Origin: Hemiscyllium ocellatum
Lineage: Eukaryota
Reading direction: 5' to 3'
DNA length: 64,000 bases
Assembly (NCBI RefSeq): GCF_020745735.1
Contig: NC_083402.1
Location: forward strand, 25,372,004-25,436,003
Every line of letters begins with the position of its first letter. The first letter of the stretch is position 1. The position numbers were made by a program, and so were the translations under genes. Positions 23,790 to 38,084 of the stretch are shown piece by piece. Under the pieces are notes generated by a model. It saw nothing but the letters and a program-made list of their open reading frames with translations. It had not been told where the DNA came from and searched no databases.

Positions 23790-24830
23790 ACCACAAGAAA
23801 TAAAAGTACAAGAAAGGTATTCAGTCCTTTGATCTTGCTCTGTTTTTCAATGAGATCCTGGCTAATCATATACTTTGACGTCATGCTCATGCCTATTTCT
23901 ACATTTCTTAATGTATTAGATATACAGAAATCTATCAATCTCAGTCTTGAACTTAGACTGTGACCGGGGTTTAACTGCTTTCTGGGGTTGAGAATTCAAA
24001 ATAGTTTTTCCTCACTGAGTAACGAAATTCCTCTCCATCCCAGTCCTCATGGCCTTTCCCTTATGAGACTCTGTGCCATCAGTTGTCAGAAACGTCCTTT
24101 CTGTCGTTATGCCAAAATCTGTTTGTTTGAATGAGATTATCTCTTATTCATCTAAACTGCAGAGAATAAAGACTCAGTCTATTAATCTTTCTTAATAGTC
24201 ATACAGCATGAAAACAGACCTGTCATTCCAACTCATCATGCCAACCAAGTTTCCCAAGCTAAGACAGTCCCACTTACCTGCATTTGGCCTATATCCTTCT
24301 AAACCTTTCCTTTTTATGTACTTTCCAAATGTCTTTCAAATCTTGGAACTGCATCTACCACTTCCACTGCCGGTTCATTCCACAGAGGAACCACCCTCTG
24401 TGTAAAAATGTTACCCCTCAGGTTTCTTTTAAGTTGTTCACCTCACACCTTAAAAGAATGCCCTCCAGTTTTGAACTCCCCTACGCTGGGGAAAAGATCT
24501 TCGCTATTCATATTTTATAAACCTTTATAAGCTCACCCCTCAACCTCCTACGCTCCATTGAAAAATGTCTCAGCCTATCCAGCCTCTCTTTATAACTCCA
24601 ACCCTGCAGTCCTGGCAACATTCTGGTCAATCGTTTCTGCATCCTCTCGAATTTAATAATATCCTTTCTACAGCAGGGAAACCAGAACTATACACAATGG
24701 CCAAAAGTGGCCTCATCAATGTCCTGTACAACCTCAACATGACATCCCAACTCCTGTACTCAATGGCCTGAGCAGTGAAGGCAAACGTACTTATTTTTTT
24801 TTGTTAATCACCCTGTCTACTTGTGACATT
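23790..24830 (-). mobile_element. Two CR1 3' fragments (younger copy ~24195-24830)
   Basis: Matches 7795-8118 and 53070-53632. Confidence 0.8.
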
Positions 24831-25014
24831 GTTACCCTCCCGCTAGGGCAAGTGTAACTTTCCACTGATATGGACATCAGAACTGTACGCAATACTCAAG
24901 GTACTCACTTACCAGGGATATAATGTTGTATGATGTCAGTTGATGTTTCATGTGTTTATAGTCTGCATGTCAAAGGTACCATTCTATAGTTAAAGTATGT
25001 AGACAGGGGCTACA

Positions 25015-25450
25015 AAAAGAAAAATTGCTGGAAAAGCTCAGCAGGTCTGGCAGCAACTATGGAGAGAAAGCAGAGTCAACATTTTGGGTCCAGTGATAGT
25101 TCTTCAGAACTAATTGTAGCTTGACAAAGGTTTGTATAGATGCTGAACTTTGGGTGGGGAGAGGAGAAGGAGTAAACAACAGATGAAGATTAAGCCCAGA
25201 GAGAAAGAACAACAGTTGGATAGACAAAGGAATGGGAAAAGATCAGTAGCTGCTAATGTGGACCATATTGGCTGACAATTGGATGGTTGTGGCAACAGCT
25301 CATGTAATGACAAGGTCTAATGTGTGGAATTTGGGGTTAGGAGATGGAAGTAGGTGCTCAGGCCCTAACATTTACAAACACAATATTGAATCCTGAGGGC
25401 TGCAAGATCTCCAAGTGGAAAATGAGTTGATGTTTTTGTGCTGGGCTTAA
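25015..25450 (-). mobile_element. PLE 3' fragment (subfamily of 20100-21897)
   Basis: Colinear with 20105-20510. Confidence 0.75.
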
Positions 25451-28400
25451 CTTAACTTCTGGGCAACTATATAACTGGCACTATCAATCTCTCACTCTAG
25501 CTTGCTCAACTCTCTCCATCACTCTTCCCAACCAGATGATTCACTCAGCCATCCAATGAAGCTGTGAACCTGGCTTACTTATCCTTCACCACCTGACTAC
25601 ACCCTCATCCCAACCTGACTACCCTCATCAATTAATGCCCAGTCGATCTGACAGACCCTCCAGATCCGACCCAACTTGATTAGTCATTCATTATGATGCC
25701 CATCTACTAACCCAACTACCTGCTATGGCATCCACCTATCAGCATACCTACTTACCAGTGTTAGCTCACCTAATCTACCAACTTACCTCACACACCTACT
25801 ACACTACCAGTGTTACCTATTCACTCACTCACTAGCATTTACACTAGACATCCAAACTCATGTTACAGCTGCTGGTGCCACAGAGAAAGGTGGTTGGTTT
25901 CCTTACCTTGACGCTACGATGGAACTCTCCATGGGACAATAAGCCTGAATTAAAAGACCTAGCCAGAAATGAAAAGCAGTCCCAGAAAGCAGAACAGTAG
26001 GAAGAGAGGTAACATTTTGACAGTGATGCCACTTCAAATAAGATTGGAGCAATATCTCAGATTGTGTTTGTGGTCATTTGTGAAATAATTGGAGTCGAAA
26101 ATTTAGATGAAAATACACTGCTGATGAACATACCTAGGAAGCCACCTAGGACTCCTATCAGGTTGAATCAAGAGTGGTAAACATGGTAGACACTCTCCTC
26201 ACCTATTCCAAATACTATTTCCTGAAGGAATGTAGGTACTGCTGACAAGGCTAAACTTTATTGACCATCTCTCCTTGCCCTTGAGGAGGTGCCATTGAGT
26301 GAATATATCAGCAAGACTGTAATGGGAAATGGATAAAAAGTCATATATCCTATATATAGATTAATAGCAACAGCTGTCAGGTATTCGGGTGCATGCTGAA
26401 AAGGGGAAAATAGTGTTTTGATCTCTCCCAACTTCTCAATGGTGTTTCAGTCCATGATTCAGTAATTATCTATCCAAATAGTTTTCTTTCATGCTACGAA
26501 AATGCAAATGAATATCCAGGTGTTCTAAGAGATTCTTGACCCAATAAAAGTGGCATGACTAAACAATGAAATAAAGTGATGGTTCGGGAATACACAATTA
26601 AGACTTTCATGGAGGGAGAACTCTGTTCTGCACTGTCCTTCGCTGAACAGCCTACAATGGATGCAACTCCACAGTATGCACTATGCTTTGATAAATTTAA
26701 AAATGAGATGTTGAATGCAATATGTTTAGAGTTAAAATCAGGAAGTAAGAAGTAATAATAGAAATGTAAGAGACCTTTTCCACTCTAAAAGTTATGAAAC
26801 ACAAGGTATATTTCTGCAGGAGGAACAAAACTTGAGGATGTGGCGTGGAAGTAGGTCCATGACAGAAACATTTGTTGAGCTAATAGGACTTTGACTTGCT
26901 TTCTGCTACCTTCAGAGTAATTCTGAGAACTAATCGTTCAAATCAAATAATTTGTCTCAATTTTTTGTGAATCGTAAACTGAGTTTGGAATAGTGTAGTT
27001 GGTGAGATGATGTGTCCTGTATCCCAGATTCTCCAAAGTACAGAAAAAAATGTAAACTGCAGGTAATATGCAATGTTATAACTGGTCCACTTATCCATGT
27101 TCATGTCTATATTTCCACCACTGCTACCTTTTCTGAATACTGCTGCGTCCTCAAGAAATGCAGAATTGAGTTTAATGTCCTCATCTTCCCGTTCAAATCC
27201 CTTCGTGTTTTTTCTCCATCCAATTCCTATACTCTTCTCCAGCATGAAGCTTTTTTTTGCATTCTGTACCGTTGCTCCTACTTGATTCCCAGTCCCTACA
27301 TTTCACCATCGATAACTGCAGCTATCACACACTCATCCAGTGGAATACCTTCCTCAGCATTTGCCTCTCTCTTTGCCTTTAAGGGCACTTCATTTGCATT
27401 GTCTTTCTTCCATGTCTTTATCCTCGTCCCCACTACTGAACTCAATGTCATCATGATGTTTTTTTTCCCCCTCTGCTGTTAACCTCCTGTTTCAAGCTCT
27501 AGCTCAGTTTGTTTACTTTTCTGTCCATCATTCGATATGAACCAATATGATCTTTATCAATGCTATGAAGAATATTCAAAACTATAAAAAAACTTCAATG
27601 TAGTGTGTTCTATTTATGCAGAAAGTTAAGAGTTCTGCAACACCTGAGTGACTATGAAACAAGCATTTATACAGAGTTGATTGGTCAACCCTCTAAATAT
27701 TTATCAAATTTATCTATCTGTTATTGTTTCAGCATTTTGATTATTTGAGGATACAATTTTCATGCATACAATGACACACACACACACACAAACTCTCTCT
27801 CTCTCTCTCCTTTAGTTGCCTTCTGATATTGTACTACTCTTTAATGTTGTAATGTAGTATCCACCTCCTCTCAAGAAAGAAGTCACAAGGCAAACACAAC
27901 TCCTGAAAGAGGGCAATATATTTAAGCTATGAGCAATATTTCACTGCACTGTATTGAAGTGCATTTTTTAATGCAAGGTTAGATTAACTTTTTTCTAAAA
28001 ATCTTTTTATTCAATTATGCATCAGTTTCATGAATTCATAATCAATGGTCCAGTCAGATGGCTTCAATAAATTTTAAATGACCATTCCAGAAAGAATGAT
28101 GAGAGTGAAGTAATTATGGAACACATAACTCTTCATTTGTCAAAGGTTTTCAAATTAATATACAAAACCACTGACAGAAAGCCTCTGGTAACTTTGACGG
28201 AGAGTAATTATTTTTTCAGATTTTGAAATGAGTCTTCTGTTTGATGTATTTGACTATGTGAGAAATGACTTTGGCATGTCAGCTTTATATTTAACATGAC
28301 TTTATTATTCTTCTTGTCTTCGAACTGGACAATTGTTTACCGTCAATAGTGAATTGAGAGGGAGGATCATTTATTGGCAAGCAGACTTATTATCTAAGTT

Positions 28401-28779
28401 TGGCCTCTGGAGAAGATTTATAACAGCTTCATTTAGCACCTTCTGAATACTGTCAAAAGCCTTTCAAAGTAATTTGCACAGGGTGATTCTTGTCACTTAT
28501 ACAAAAATGGAAAGATTAAGAAAGTAGCAATCAAAATTGCAAGTTGCTGAGATGAAGTGCAGTTTGTACCTTGTCCAAAAAGAAATCATAGTGGAAATTA
28601 ACAGCATGTTCAATACTGCAGAAAAGATGGACAGGTCAGGAATTAATGTCTGACAATTTTGGTGAGAATTTGAAATCAACAGTAATTATATTTCACGATC
28701 ATGATATCTATCCTTAGTCTTTCCAACAATTACCAAATTGTTAATCAAATACGTATGGCACACTCAACCATTGGGAAAA

Positions 28780-29215
28780 GAGCCTCATAGTGGTAATATC
28801 ATTAGGCTAGTAATCCTTAGTGTGAAATGGTTCCAAGCCCAATGGTGAAGTATGAAATGAGATACAATGCTTTTTCTTCACAGGTTTACAAATAAGTCTC
28901 CCTGAAAAAGTTAACCAAGTAAAAAATCTGGAATTAAAATAAATCTAGTATCTGTGATGATGGCAGTGGGACTCTTCGACTGTTATTTCTAAGAAGTGAG
29001 ATTCACTAATGTCCTTCAGGGAGGGGAACTTGCCATTCTTTGTCTGCCTGTATGTGACTCCAGACACAGAAATGTGCTGAATCTGAAATGTCATTTGAAA
29101 TTGTCGAGCAAACCTTAATGTTTTTCACAAGAAGTCAACAGAACAACACCTTCTCATGGGCAATTAAGGATGGACAATAAATGCTGATGACAGCCATGTC
29201 CAGCAAATGAAATTT
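28780..29215 (+). mobile_element. SINE family B (decayed)
   Basis: atagtggtaatatcattaggctagtaatcc..ttcactaatgtccttcaggga..ggcaattaaggatggacaataaatgctg. Confidence 0.75.
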
Positions 29216-29984
29216 TAAAATCCCTGCCTGAAGTCAAGAGTTTAATACATTTACAAATCCACCATTGAGCAGATTTAATGCTTTAAGTTTTATGATTTTA
29301 AATTTGAAATGCTTTAATATTTAATGCTCTTTGGCTTAAGTTCTACAAAACTATTATACCTGGTAACTGTGGACTAGCACAAGGGAAAATAAACTTAAAA
29401 GTTGGTGACAGGTGCAGCACACTGGTTTACTCTTCATAAGGCTGCAGCAATGGAGGTAAATATTGACCCCGATGTCCAGCAAGTTGAACGACATGCTACA
29501 GGGTCAATACTTGTTAGTATTACACTGTCAGTGCTGGAGAAATGCTTTACTCTTTGTGCTGCTTATAGATACTGCCAAGAGACTTGAACTTGCTTTTCCA
29601 AGTGAGTTTTAGTTACAGAAAACCATGTGTTAGAGTTAACAGGAAGCAAAGCTTCAAGTGAAAGAAACCAGATTATTTTGACTGAATGACTAGGTTCTGA
29701 ATTGTTCAATGATTTGTTCATTTTATGATATTGCTATTCAGATACATTAAGTTTATTCAACACAAGGGCTTCACTTCACTGAGGTATTAACTGATGTGTG
29801 ACTAAAAGCTTAGAATTATTTATGCAGATATCAAATATGTTGTAAGCATTCATGGCACTTATGATGCCAATTCAATATAGCCAATCTATGTGTGATGGTC
29901 ATACTACATTTGCAGCTGCTGTTCAGTGATAAAGCCTCTGTTTTCCCACCGTGGATCATGATGCTAAGCATAAATGAAGGAGGA

Positions 29985-30125
29985 ATTTGCATTTAGATGA
30001 CTCCTTTTACATCCTCAGGACATTCCGAAGTGCTTAATTGCCAGCGAAGTACTTGTAAAACATAATCAGTGTTTGAACACAGGAAAAGACAGCTGCATAT
30101 TGTGAGGTCTGACAAACAGTAAGTG
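29985..30125 (-). mobile_element. Deu-domain SINE 3' fragment
   Basis: ttgcatttagatgactccttttacatcctcaggacattccgaagtgctt. Confidence 0.55.
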
Positions 30126-32737
30126 AATCGTCAAGTCATAAGCACTGCCAGACTCATTCGCTCAAGCTCTTCAGCCAAATATGCCTGCACTGGCTCTTTG
30201 GTGGAACCTAAGGGGAACAGTGTAGCTCCCTGGAATCAGCTTCTCAGATGCAGAACAAACTCAGCACACCACCTGGGGCTCAAAGATACTGTGTGCCCGC
30301 CTGGCTTTAGGTGCAACTGCAGCTTGCTCTGCAAAATAATAGTTTGGGGACATTTTTCTAAGCTGAATGTTTAAAACAAAAACAACCAGAGAGCGGGTGA
30401 GAGCCAGACAATCTTAGGGTGTCAGGCTATCACTGACCGGAAAAGGCACCCTGATGTTTCCTCAGCTTGCCAGGCCTCCCCTTTGTCCCTCTAGATTTGT
30501 GAGCCCGGGGATGACCCTGTCCTCGGGTTACTGATTGACCAGTTGGGGATTGTTGTCCATCCAGTGCAGATTTCTCACCCCCGTTTGAGCCTGGTCTGGA
30601 AGACAACATGAAAAATCAAGTCCTCAGATTTTGCTTCCACGGACATGGGAATATATCCTTTGCAAGCATATACCACATCAAACAGCTTCAGAAAAATTAT
30701 TTTCAGGTGATCCCATACTCTGATATTAATTGTTGCATCCTCTCTGGAGCCTTAAAAAACATTGTTATTGTGTTATGGGCTCAAGGACTGTGTGCTGTTG
30801 GTGGTCTGAAACAATGCTGTACACAGGGTAACTTTAACATTATTTCTCTGTTTTTCAATTTAATTCCTCCACCAATGAACTCAGTATTTTGTTTGCATTT
30901 TATTATCTTGTAAACTTGCATTGATACTTTTAAAAATAAAGCCAGACATTTGCATGTCAGGACTTCTATTATAATGATTCTTCTCCCTGAGGGTAAATAG
31001 TTAGATGCTGTCTTTGAAGTTGCCTCATCCAATCCCTTGGATTGTGAAAATATTAGACCTTTAATGCTCTCCTGAGAGACAGGTGAATTTTCCAACATTT
31101 CCAGATGCAGCCTGTATTCTGTTCTCAATAGAATACATACAAAGTCTACTTCTGCTGTTGTGTTAGGAGGGGTTGCAGGAATTGCTTCCCTATTTGGTGT
31201 CTCCTAACCCCTCAGCAGGTGTCTCTAGTTTTGTCCCATGTAACTCACGCTTTATGTCACTATTTAGCTGTGGGGTGACACTGCACAATGACACTGAGGA
31301 TAACAAATGCCAGTCCTCTCATGTTGTCACTTCTTCCTCATTCCTGCGCCCTCACCTGCAAAAGAAACAGATGGCACACCATGAGTAATTAAGCACATAT
31401 TAATACTTCAATATTGACATGGTAACACATGCTGTAACTATTTATCCACTGTCTGTAGACAGAGTTAGTCAGCAGTGAAGTATTGTCAGTATTGCATGCT
31501 GCAGGAATTGATACCAGGGTGCACCTGTATCTGCCGGTCACCCATTTATGGTAGTATCATTGGATTGATGAGTTCAATTAAATGTGGCTTTTGTAACAAT
31601 AGCCATGATCCCCCCCACCTACATTGTCTTCCACCAATAGCAACTTACTCTTCAGCAACATAATTTGACTTGTCAACAAATCTGGCAGCATCTGTGGAGA
31701 CAGAAACAAGTTCATGTTTCAAGTCTGATGTGATTCTTTATAGGAAGTCTTTTTCCGTCCCAATATCCATTCATTCCTGAAACAATTTCTCCCATTCGTC
31801 CCAACCTAAACGAATCAACTAACTCACCCTTCTCTCCTCCCCTTCCCATCCCCTTCCACAGTGTATCCTCACACCCTACCACTGACACTTTATTTACCTC
31901 ACACACTGGCATCCTATCCAGTCAGTAGGCTGTTTACCTGGCACCTTACGGTCCAGCATCCTCACCTTACGTTCATCTTTTGTACTTAACATTTCACATT
32001 AGCTGTCAAAGTGGCAGTCTGTGATTCTGGACCTTTAGATTCTAGAATTAAATGGCTGACCGCTGTTAAAAAGGATTGCCTATCCCAAAAGGTCCACTGC
32101 ATGGGAGAACTGTCAGAATGGAAGTATGGCTTGGCATTTCTGAAGAAGCCCTGATTGGAATCTCCTGTCAGAAATGTCGAGATCTCTCTTATCGAAAGAA
32201 AAAGAGACTGGGTGGCATTCTGGGTGAGATTGTTCCTGTATTTCATTTTCTGCCAAAACTATGAGCATTTATAAACATCAATTAAATCTCCTGTTAGCCT
32301 TCTTTGCTTCAGCCAAAATAATCCCATTTATTCAAGTTTCTCTTTGCAACTGTAGTTTCCCCATACTGGCATCAACTTGGTAAATCTTTTAGTGAGTCAT
32401 TGAGTGAAATCACAAAAAGAATAATTTCATGTAATGAAGTCAGAAGAAAGGTCTGAGAAGTAGAATTGAATCAATCATGTAAACTGGTTGGATTTAATGT
32501 GGCAACCCATAAACGTGGGAATATTTTTCCCTCGGATTATTTGCTTCCAGTGCATTGACGTTCCTCTGGGGCTGTGAATCTTTGCTGCATTCCCTTGATT
32601 GTGTAGGCTATTACTTTATATCTCTTTTGAAAATTTGTTTGATTCATCTAACACATTTTACAGACATTCCTGAATGTGGTGTATTGCATCTGGCCCATTA
32701 ACTGGTTCTGACATCACCAACAAACTATTAGCCTTTA

Positions 32738-33030
32738 GTATATCCTTTATTGTCACATGTATTCAATACAAAATACAATGAAGCGTTTGTACTGTCGCCA
32801 TACATAGGCACCAATCACATTAACTTGAAATGAAATAATAAAAGATAACCTTTAGGGAGTCCAACCTTTCCTTCTCTGCTAACACAGCATAACATTGCCA
32901 GAGTCCCACTCCAACCTTCCTAGTCTATGCCTTGCCATTGAGAATGTCCACTCCAGGCCTCCCTGTCCATGCTATGCCACTGCCAGGGGTCCAAGTCATG
33001 TGGAAACGAGAGTCCTGCTCCAGACTTCAC
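32738..33030 (-). mobile_element. Non-autonomous retroelement fragment with Rex1/Babar-like tail
   Basis: atatcctttattgtcacatgta is the reverse complement of the 59790-59820 tail. Confidence 0.5.
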
Positions 33031-35504
33031 AGGAGGATCGACTGACAGCAGTTGACTAAATTATAGCAGTGTTTTGATAACATTGACATAGAAATATCCA
33101 TTCTGCATCATTGCATGCTCCAGCTGTACTTGACTTGTCTTCTAAGAAGCAACTTCAACAAAATAGACACAGGTGAGAAGCAAAGAAAACCAACATATTT
33201 CTGATGTGTCCTATTTCTTCCACCGTGCTGCACTTACCATACATGCTGCACAAAATACTCATATTGTACTTTAAAATATCATTTCCTGAAAATGAGCCCT
33301 CTAATCTTCATCAAACCACACTTTAGAAACAAGTTTGTGTATATTGTATATGTAACAAATCTAACTCTTTGAAACAAGGCATGCATGATCTTTGGACATC
33401 ATCTGAAAGAAGTATAAGAAGTAATCACTTTCAATGACTTCACCCATTTGCAAAATCTGTATTCCATATCCTTCAGAGCACAGGAACATGGAATTATTTC
33501 TACTCTTCATAATTAGGTCTTCAGACTACTCGATTGGCCACTATGTAGATACAGGTAATGGAAAGATTGCTGTACAATATATTGGCCTTTGATTCTTTTT
33601 GAACAGAACAATTTTGATCAACAAATGTGGTTCCTGATTAAAAGCGTTAATGTTCAGCCATCAAATAACCTTATTAATTTTACAAACTGCAGACTTTTTG
33701 CCATTGCCTGTTTCACAGTTTCATGATTACTCTTGGACTTAGGAAACGCATTTTGGGGATCCAATTAAGGTAATAATGTCATGCATCATGGTTATTGACA
33801 ACTGAATAAAGCAATTACAAGCCTTTCATGTATGAGATGTCAATAAAATGACATGACAGCCCCACAATATGTTGTCAGAGTTGTCTGCGTGTAAAATGCA
33901 TCCTGTGATATATGGTGCTGGAGTGAGTACTTCTACGAAGATGCCATGTCTAGGTATAAGGAAATAGGTTCTGCCAAATTACTGACCTGTCAACATGCCT
34001 GTCAGTCTGGAGCATCTGCATATCTCATCCCTCCAGAATAGTTAAAAATATGACAAACAATCCCAAGTAAATCAAGTCAGCTGATTTCTAATTATTGCAC
34101 TGTGGAAAGCCTGGGCTAGTGGATATTTTGGCAGGATATTGCTGTATGCATTCTATGGGCCTCCGGCAATAATAGTCTACATCCATTGGGAAGAGACATT
34201 ACATCCATTAAAATCTGGTCTTTCAGCAATGCTAAGCCATGGAGAATGGAAGGAAAATCAGATTATTTGTCAGCTTGAATGGCTAAATATACATTTCCTT
34301 GTGGCTGATTGCAAATTTCTAGGGCCTTTTGCTTCAGGAAAATTGTATTTTACAGACACAATCTGACACAAGGGGGCGAGTGACATGAGGTGGGAAGCAA
34401 TCTATCTGAACATAATAGGTCATTCAGCTTTATTCTCTCGTGGCATTTTCTTCATTTCTTCTCTCCCACTCACCCCTGATATAGTTTAATATTCTTCAAT
34501 ATTGAGAGTTATCCAATTATCTTTTTAAACTATTTATGAACTGCATTTCAATAATGGTTTGTGGCAGTGAATTCCCCATTCTAGCCTTCCTCTTCAAAAA
34601 AAGATACTGACCTGAATATTGCTTTTGTGTGGCATTGTAATAGTAGCTGTGTTCCATAGAAACCATTTAATGTTGTAAGGAAAGATAAAATCATGGAATA
34701 AGTTACTTATGCCATAACTTCCACTGCTCTGTGCATGAAGGGTTAAGCATCATAGACCATTCTCTCTGAAATTCAATGGTGAGCACCTAGATACTGGATT
34801 TGTGCCCATTTCCATGTTGCTGACTTTTCCGACTTCAAAATAATGGAGTCAAGAGCCTGGCTTTATTCCCCTGGAGTCTATTGTCTGAGCAACAGTCTTT
34901 GGGCGAGGAGAGTTACAAGTGCGTGAGCCTTAACAAGTATTCAAGTTGTGAACCAGCAAATACAACCTGCTTCATTTATGCCTATCAGTGTACGTTTGAG
35001 ATGTACTGCTGATTGGGCCCCTTTCTCCTTTTTCCAACCATTGAGAAAATTAGAATAGTGGCATGGGTCGCCCATGTTACCAGACTACCCATGCCTTATG
35101 GTCACTAATTCTTTCTGCTCTGGTTAAAATGATAAAATGAGACTTAATCGATAGGATTGTCAAGAAGAAGTTTATGTAATCATTGAAAGTAATTCAGAGA
35201 AGGCACAAGAGGAATCTGATGTTAAACTAATGAGTGCCTAACCTCTCAGAAGGAATATTGCAACACAAGTTGGCAGGTCAAGCCCTCGAACCTGTTCCAC
35301 TATTCACTGAATCTAATTCCACATGCTGTCTTTAACCGTATTTGGACTGAGGTTGAAAAAGAACTTCTTTCGGTGGCCATTGAAGGAGGTGCAGTCTTTT
35401 CCTGTATTATTGTGCACGTTGTCCTGGTCTGATTTCCTTGTTGGAAGCATGTATCAGAGCCAGTTTTCACATTACCTTCAATGAAACACAAGTACCTCTA
35501 ATGT

Positions 35505-35660
35505 CAGCTGTAGCTGAAAGTAAATATTCACTTTTATAAGTGGGAGGAACCCACTCCTCAGCATAGAAACCTGAGGACAAAAGGCAGACCGACACTGCAG
35601 TACTGAGTGTATACTGCTCTGTCAGAGACGCCTTCTCTCAAGTGAGATATTAAGTTGAGG
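35505..35660 (+). mobile_element. Deu-domain SINE 5' part
   Basis: cagtactgagtgtatactgctctgtcagagacgccttct..gagatattaa. Confidence 0.6.
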
Positions 35661-36150
35661 AGGAATTGCATGTAATTTAGAGGAAGTTCACTCAAAAGTT
35701 CCAGAGATGAGGGGTTTGTCTTATAAAAAGAGTGAGCAGTGCAGGTCTGTACACTCCGGTGTTGAGTTGAATGAGAGTCAGTCTAATTGAGGTGTTTACG
35801 ACGTTAAAAGGGATTAACAAAGAAGACAAACCAAGGATGTTTTCTCATATGGGACAATCTAAAATGGAAGATCATAGTTGAAGGATAAAGGGTAACATGT
35901 TTAAAACCAAGATGAGGAGAAATTACTTTTCTCAAAGGATCATGAATCTATAGAAATCATTACCTTAGAGTATGGTGGATGCAGGGACACCTTGTAAATC
36001 TTAGAAGGAAATAGAAAGACTTATAATTAAGAACAGGTTGAAGGGTTATGGAAAGCTGTAAGGAAAGTTGAGTTGAGGCTGAGATGAAATCAGTTATGTT
36101 TGTTTCAAATAGCGGGCAGGCTTGAGGACCTGAGTTGGCTACTCCTGCTC
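35660..36150 (+). mobile_element. CR1 LINE 3' fragment
   Basis: gaggaagttcact..gatgaggagaaattacttttctcaaagg..ctactcctgctcct tail. Confidence 0.8.
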
Positions 36151-36301
36151 CTGCTCCTGCACAGCTGGGTCCCACAAACAGAAATGTGACAAGGTGGAGC
36201 AAACACAAATAAAAATAGAAATTGTTGAAAAATTCAACAAGTCTGGCAGCATCTTTGGAAAGAAATGTTTTGAGTCCAGATGCTAACAGACCTGCTGAAA
36301 A

Positions 36302-37898
36302 TGTACGTTCATGGTCTATTTCTCTGGAAAGAACAAGGGCCTGTGTTTTGATGTTATTTAATGTCAACTACAAGCCACAAACTAAATTAGGCTAAAGTTA
36401 GGTTTGTGCAAATTAAAGCTTTATCGACTTTCTTGCCCAACCAATGCACTCACTCCATCCAAGGAGCAATTCCACATGGGAGCTAAAAAGATTTTGCCTG
36501 GCAGTTCTCCAAGGGGTGGACAAGAACAACAACCAGTCGGCCCAACAATCTCCTGGCCTGGGAGTTTTCCAATCACTTTTGTTTCTGTTATACAGCATCC
36601 AGAGTTCTCCAGGTTTTTGTTTTGTTAAGGCAAGAAAATCTCTTTTTAGTGATGTTAATTGAGAGTAAATATTTGATATGAATTATATTTGAAAGTGACC
36701 TCGCTATAGGTGAAAAGCACGAAAGTCTTGAAAGGCTTTATTTAAATGCAAGTCTTGCACATAGTTCACCTGACACAATTACATTGGCGATTGATCTGTT
36801 GCTCTTGTATAGATGCTGGGGCAAGCTTTAAATAGAATTGCTGGAACAACTGAAGCAAATTACCAATGGTGAGCTTGGCATATTAAATGGAAAGAAGTCA
36901 TGTTTTCCATCACCAATCTGAGCATTTTTTTTAATCTACAATCTGTGTTTATCTTGAATTTATGCATTCACTTTTTTGTCAGCTCATGGAAAAGGTCTCA
37001 CACTGTTCATCTGTTTGTATAAAGCAATTTATATGCCTTTATCAGGTCACCTCTAAACTCTACACCCCAATGAAAAGCATTAACTTGCCACTTCTAACTC
37101 GAGAACTATGAATTGTTCATTTTTAGTAATAGCTTGTTGAATTTAATTTGCATCTCTACCATGCAATATTTCAATTAGCATTGAACTAGGCAAGGTTACA
37201 AAGTCACATTGCCTTATCTTTCCTTCTGTCTTTGGATAGAAAATGATATACCAAATGGGAATCACCCATGTTGTATCATGATACTAAAACCAAATAATCT
37301 ATTGTCTTATTTAATTGTGTTGTCAACTTTAATGGCCTGTATACTTACACATCAGGGTTCCTCTGTTCCTTGACTCTATTTGTAATGGCACCTTGGCAAG
37401 TGACCCCTTTCTTCTATTCTCACTGACAAATGTTTCATGTATTTTCTCACAGTGTGAAGCATCCACCATTGAATTGCATCTCTTGTTTCTGTCCTTTAAC
37501 AATGTTTCATACTCCCTTTCCGATTTGTATTTTTTTCTCCAATATGCTATCATCTGCAAAGCGTTATCCCTTGGTTCATTTACCCAGACCAGATATTTTA
37601 CAGTCTTCATGTTTACCTTTTATGTTCTTCCTGCACTTGTTAGGCCAAGATATTGTTGGGCCAACTGGATGTTGCTCTTCTCCACCACTTGGAGAACTGC
37701 CAGGCAAAATCTTGTCAGCACCATGTGGAATTGCCATCGGAGGGAGTGAGTGCAGTTGTTGAGCAAGAAAGTCAACAAAGATTTAATTAGCACAAACCTA
37801 ACTTCAGCCGAATTTAGTTTGTGGCTTGCAGTTGACATTAAGTAACATCAAAATCCAGGCCCTTGTTGTTTCCAGAGAGATAAACCATGCATATACAA
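36302..37898. repeat. Long inverted repeat (arms ~36302-36560 and ~37641-37898, ~1.08 kb spacer)
   Basis: Arms align end to end; ORF track gives WADWLLFLSTPWRTARQNL (-) vs WANWMLLFSTTWRTARQNL (+). Confidence 0.9.
36813..36868 (+). other. Candidate 56-nt exon
   Basis: tgttgctcttgtatag acceptor, ATG|gtgagc donor, one open frame MLGQALNRIAGTTEANYQ; protein not recognised. Confidence 0.35.
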
Positions 37899-38084
37899 CT
37901 CGTCTGTTTCAACTTCACAAGATGTGTGACAACTGTTCTCTGGTTCATCCCTCAGGGCAAGCTCAGTCAACCTGCCTGTTTCATATTTTAACAAAGCTTG
38001 ATAGTTAACTCTAAGTCATCATCAAGGTGCTGCAATTCCTCTATGAATCCGAGTCCGCTTAACTACAGTCACTATTCTCTTCTG

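Noticed and set aside
26943-27482. 156-aa and 100-aa ORFs
   Set aside because: Low-complexity, partly decayed L2-like sequence with no domain signal
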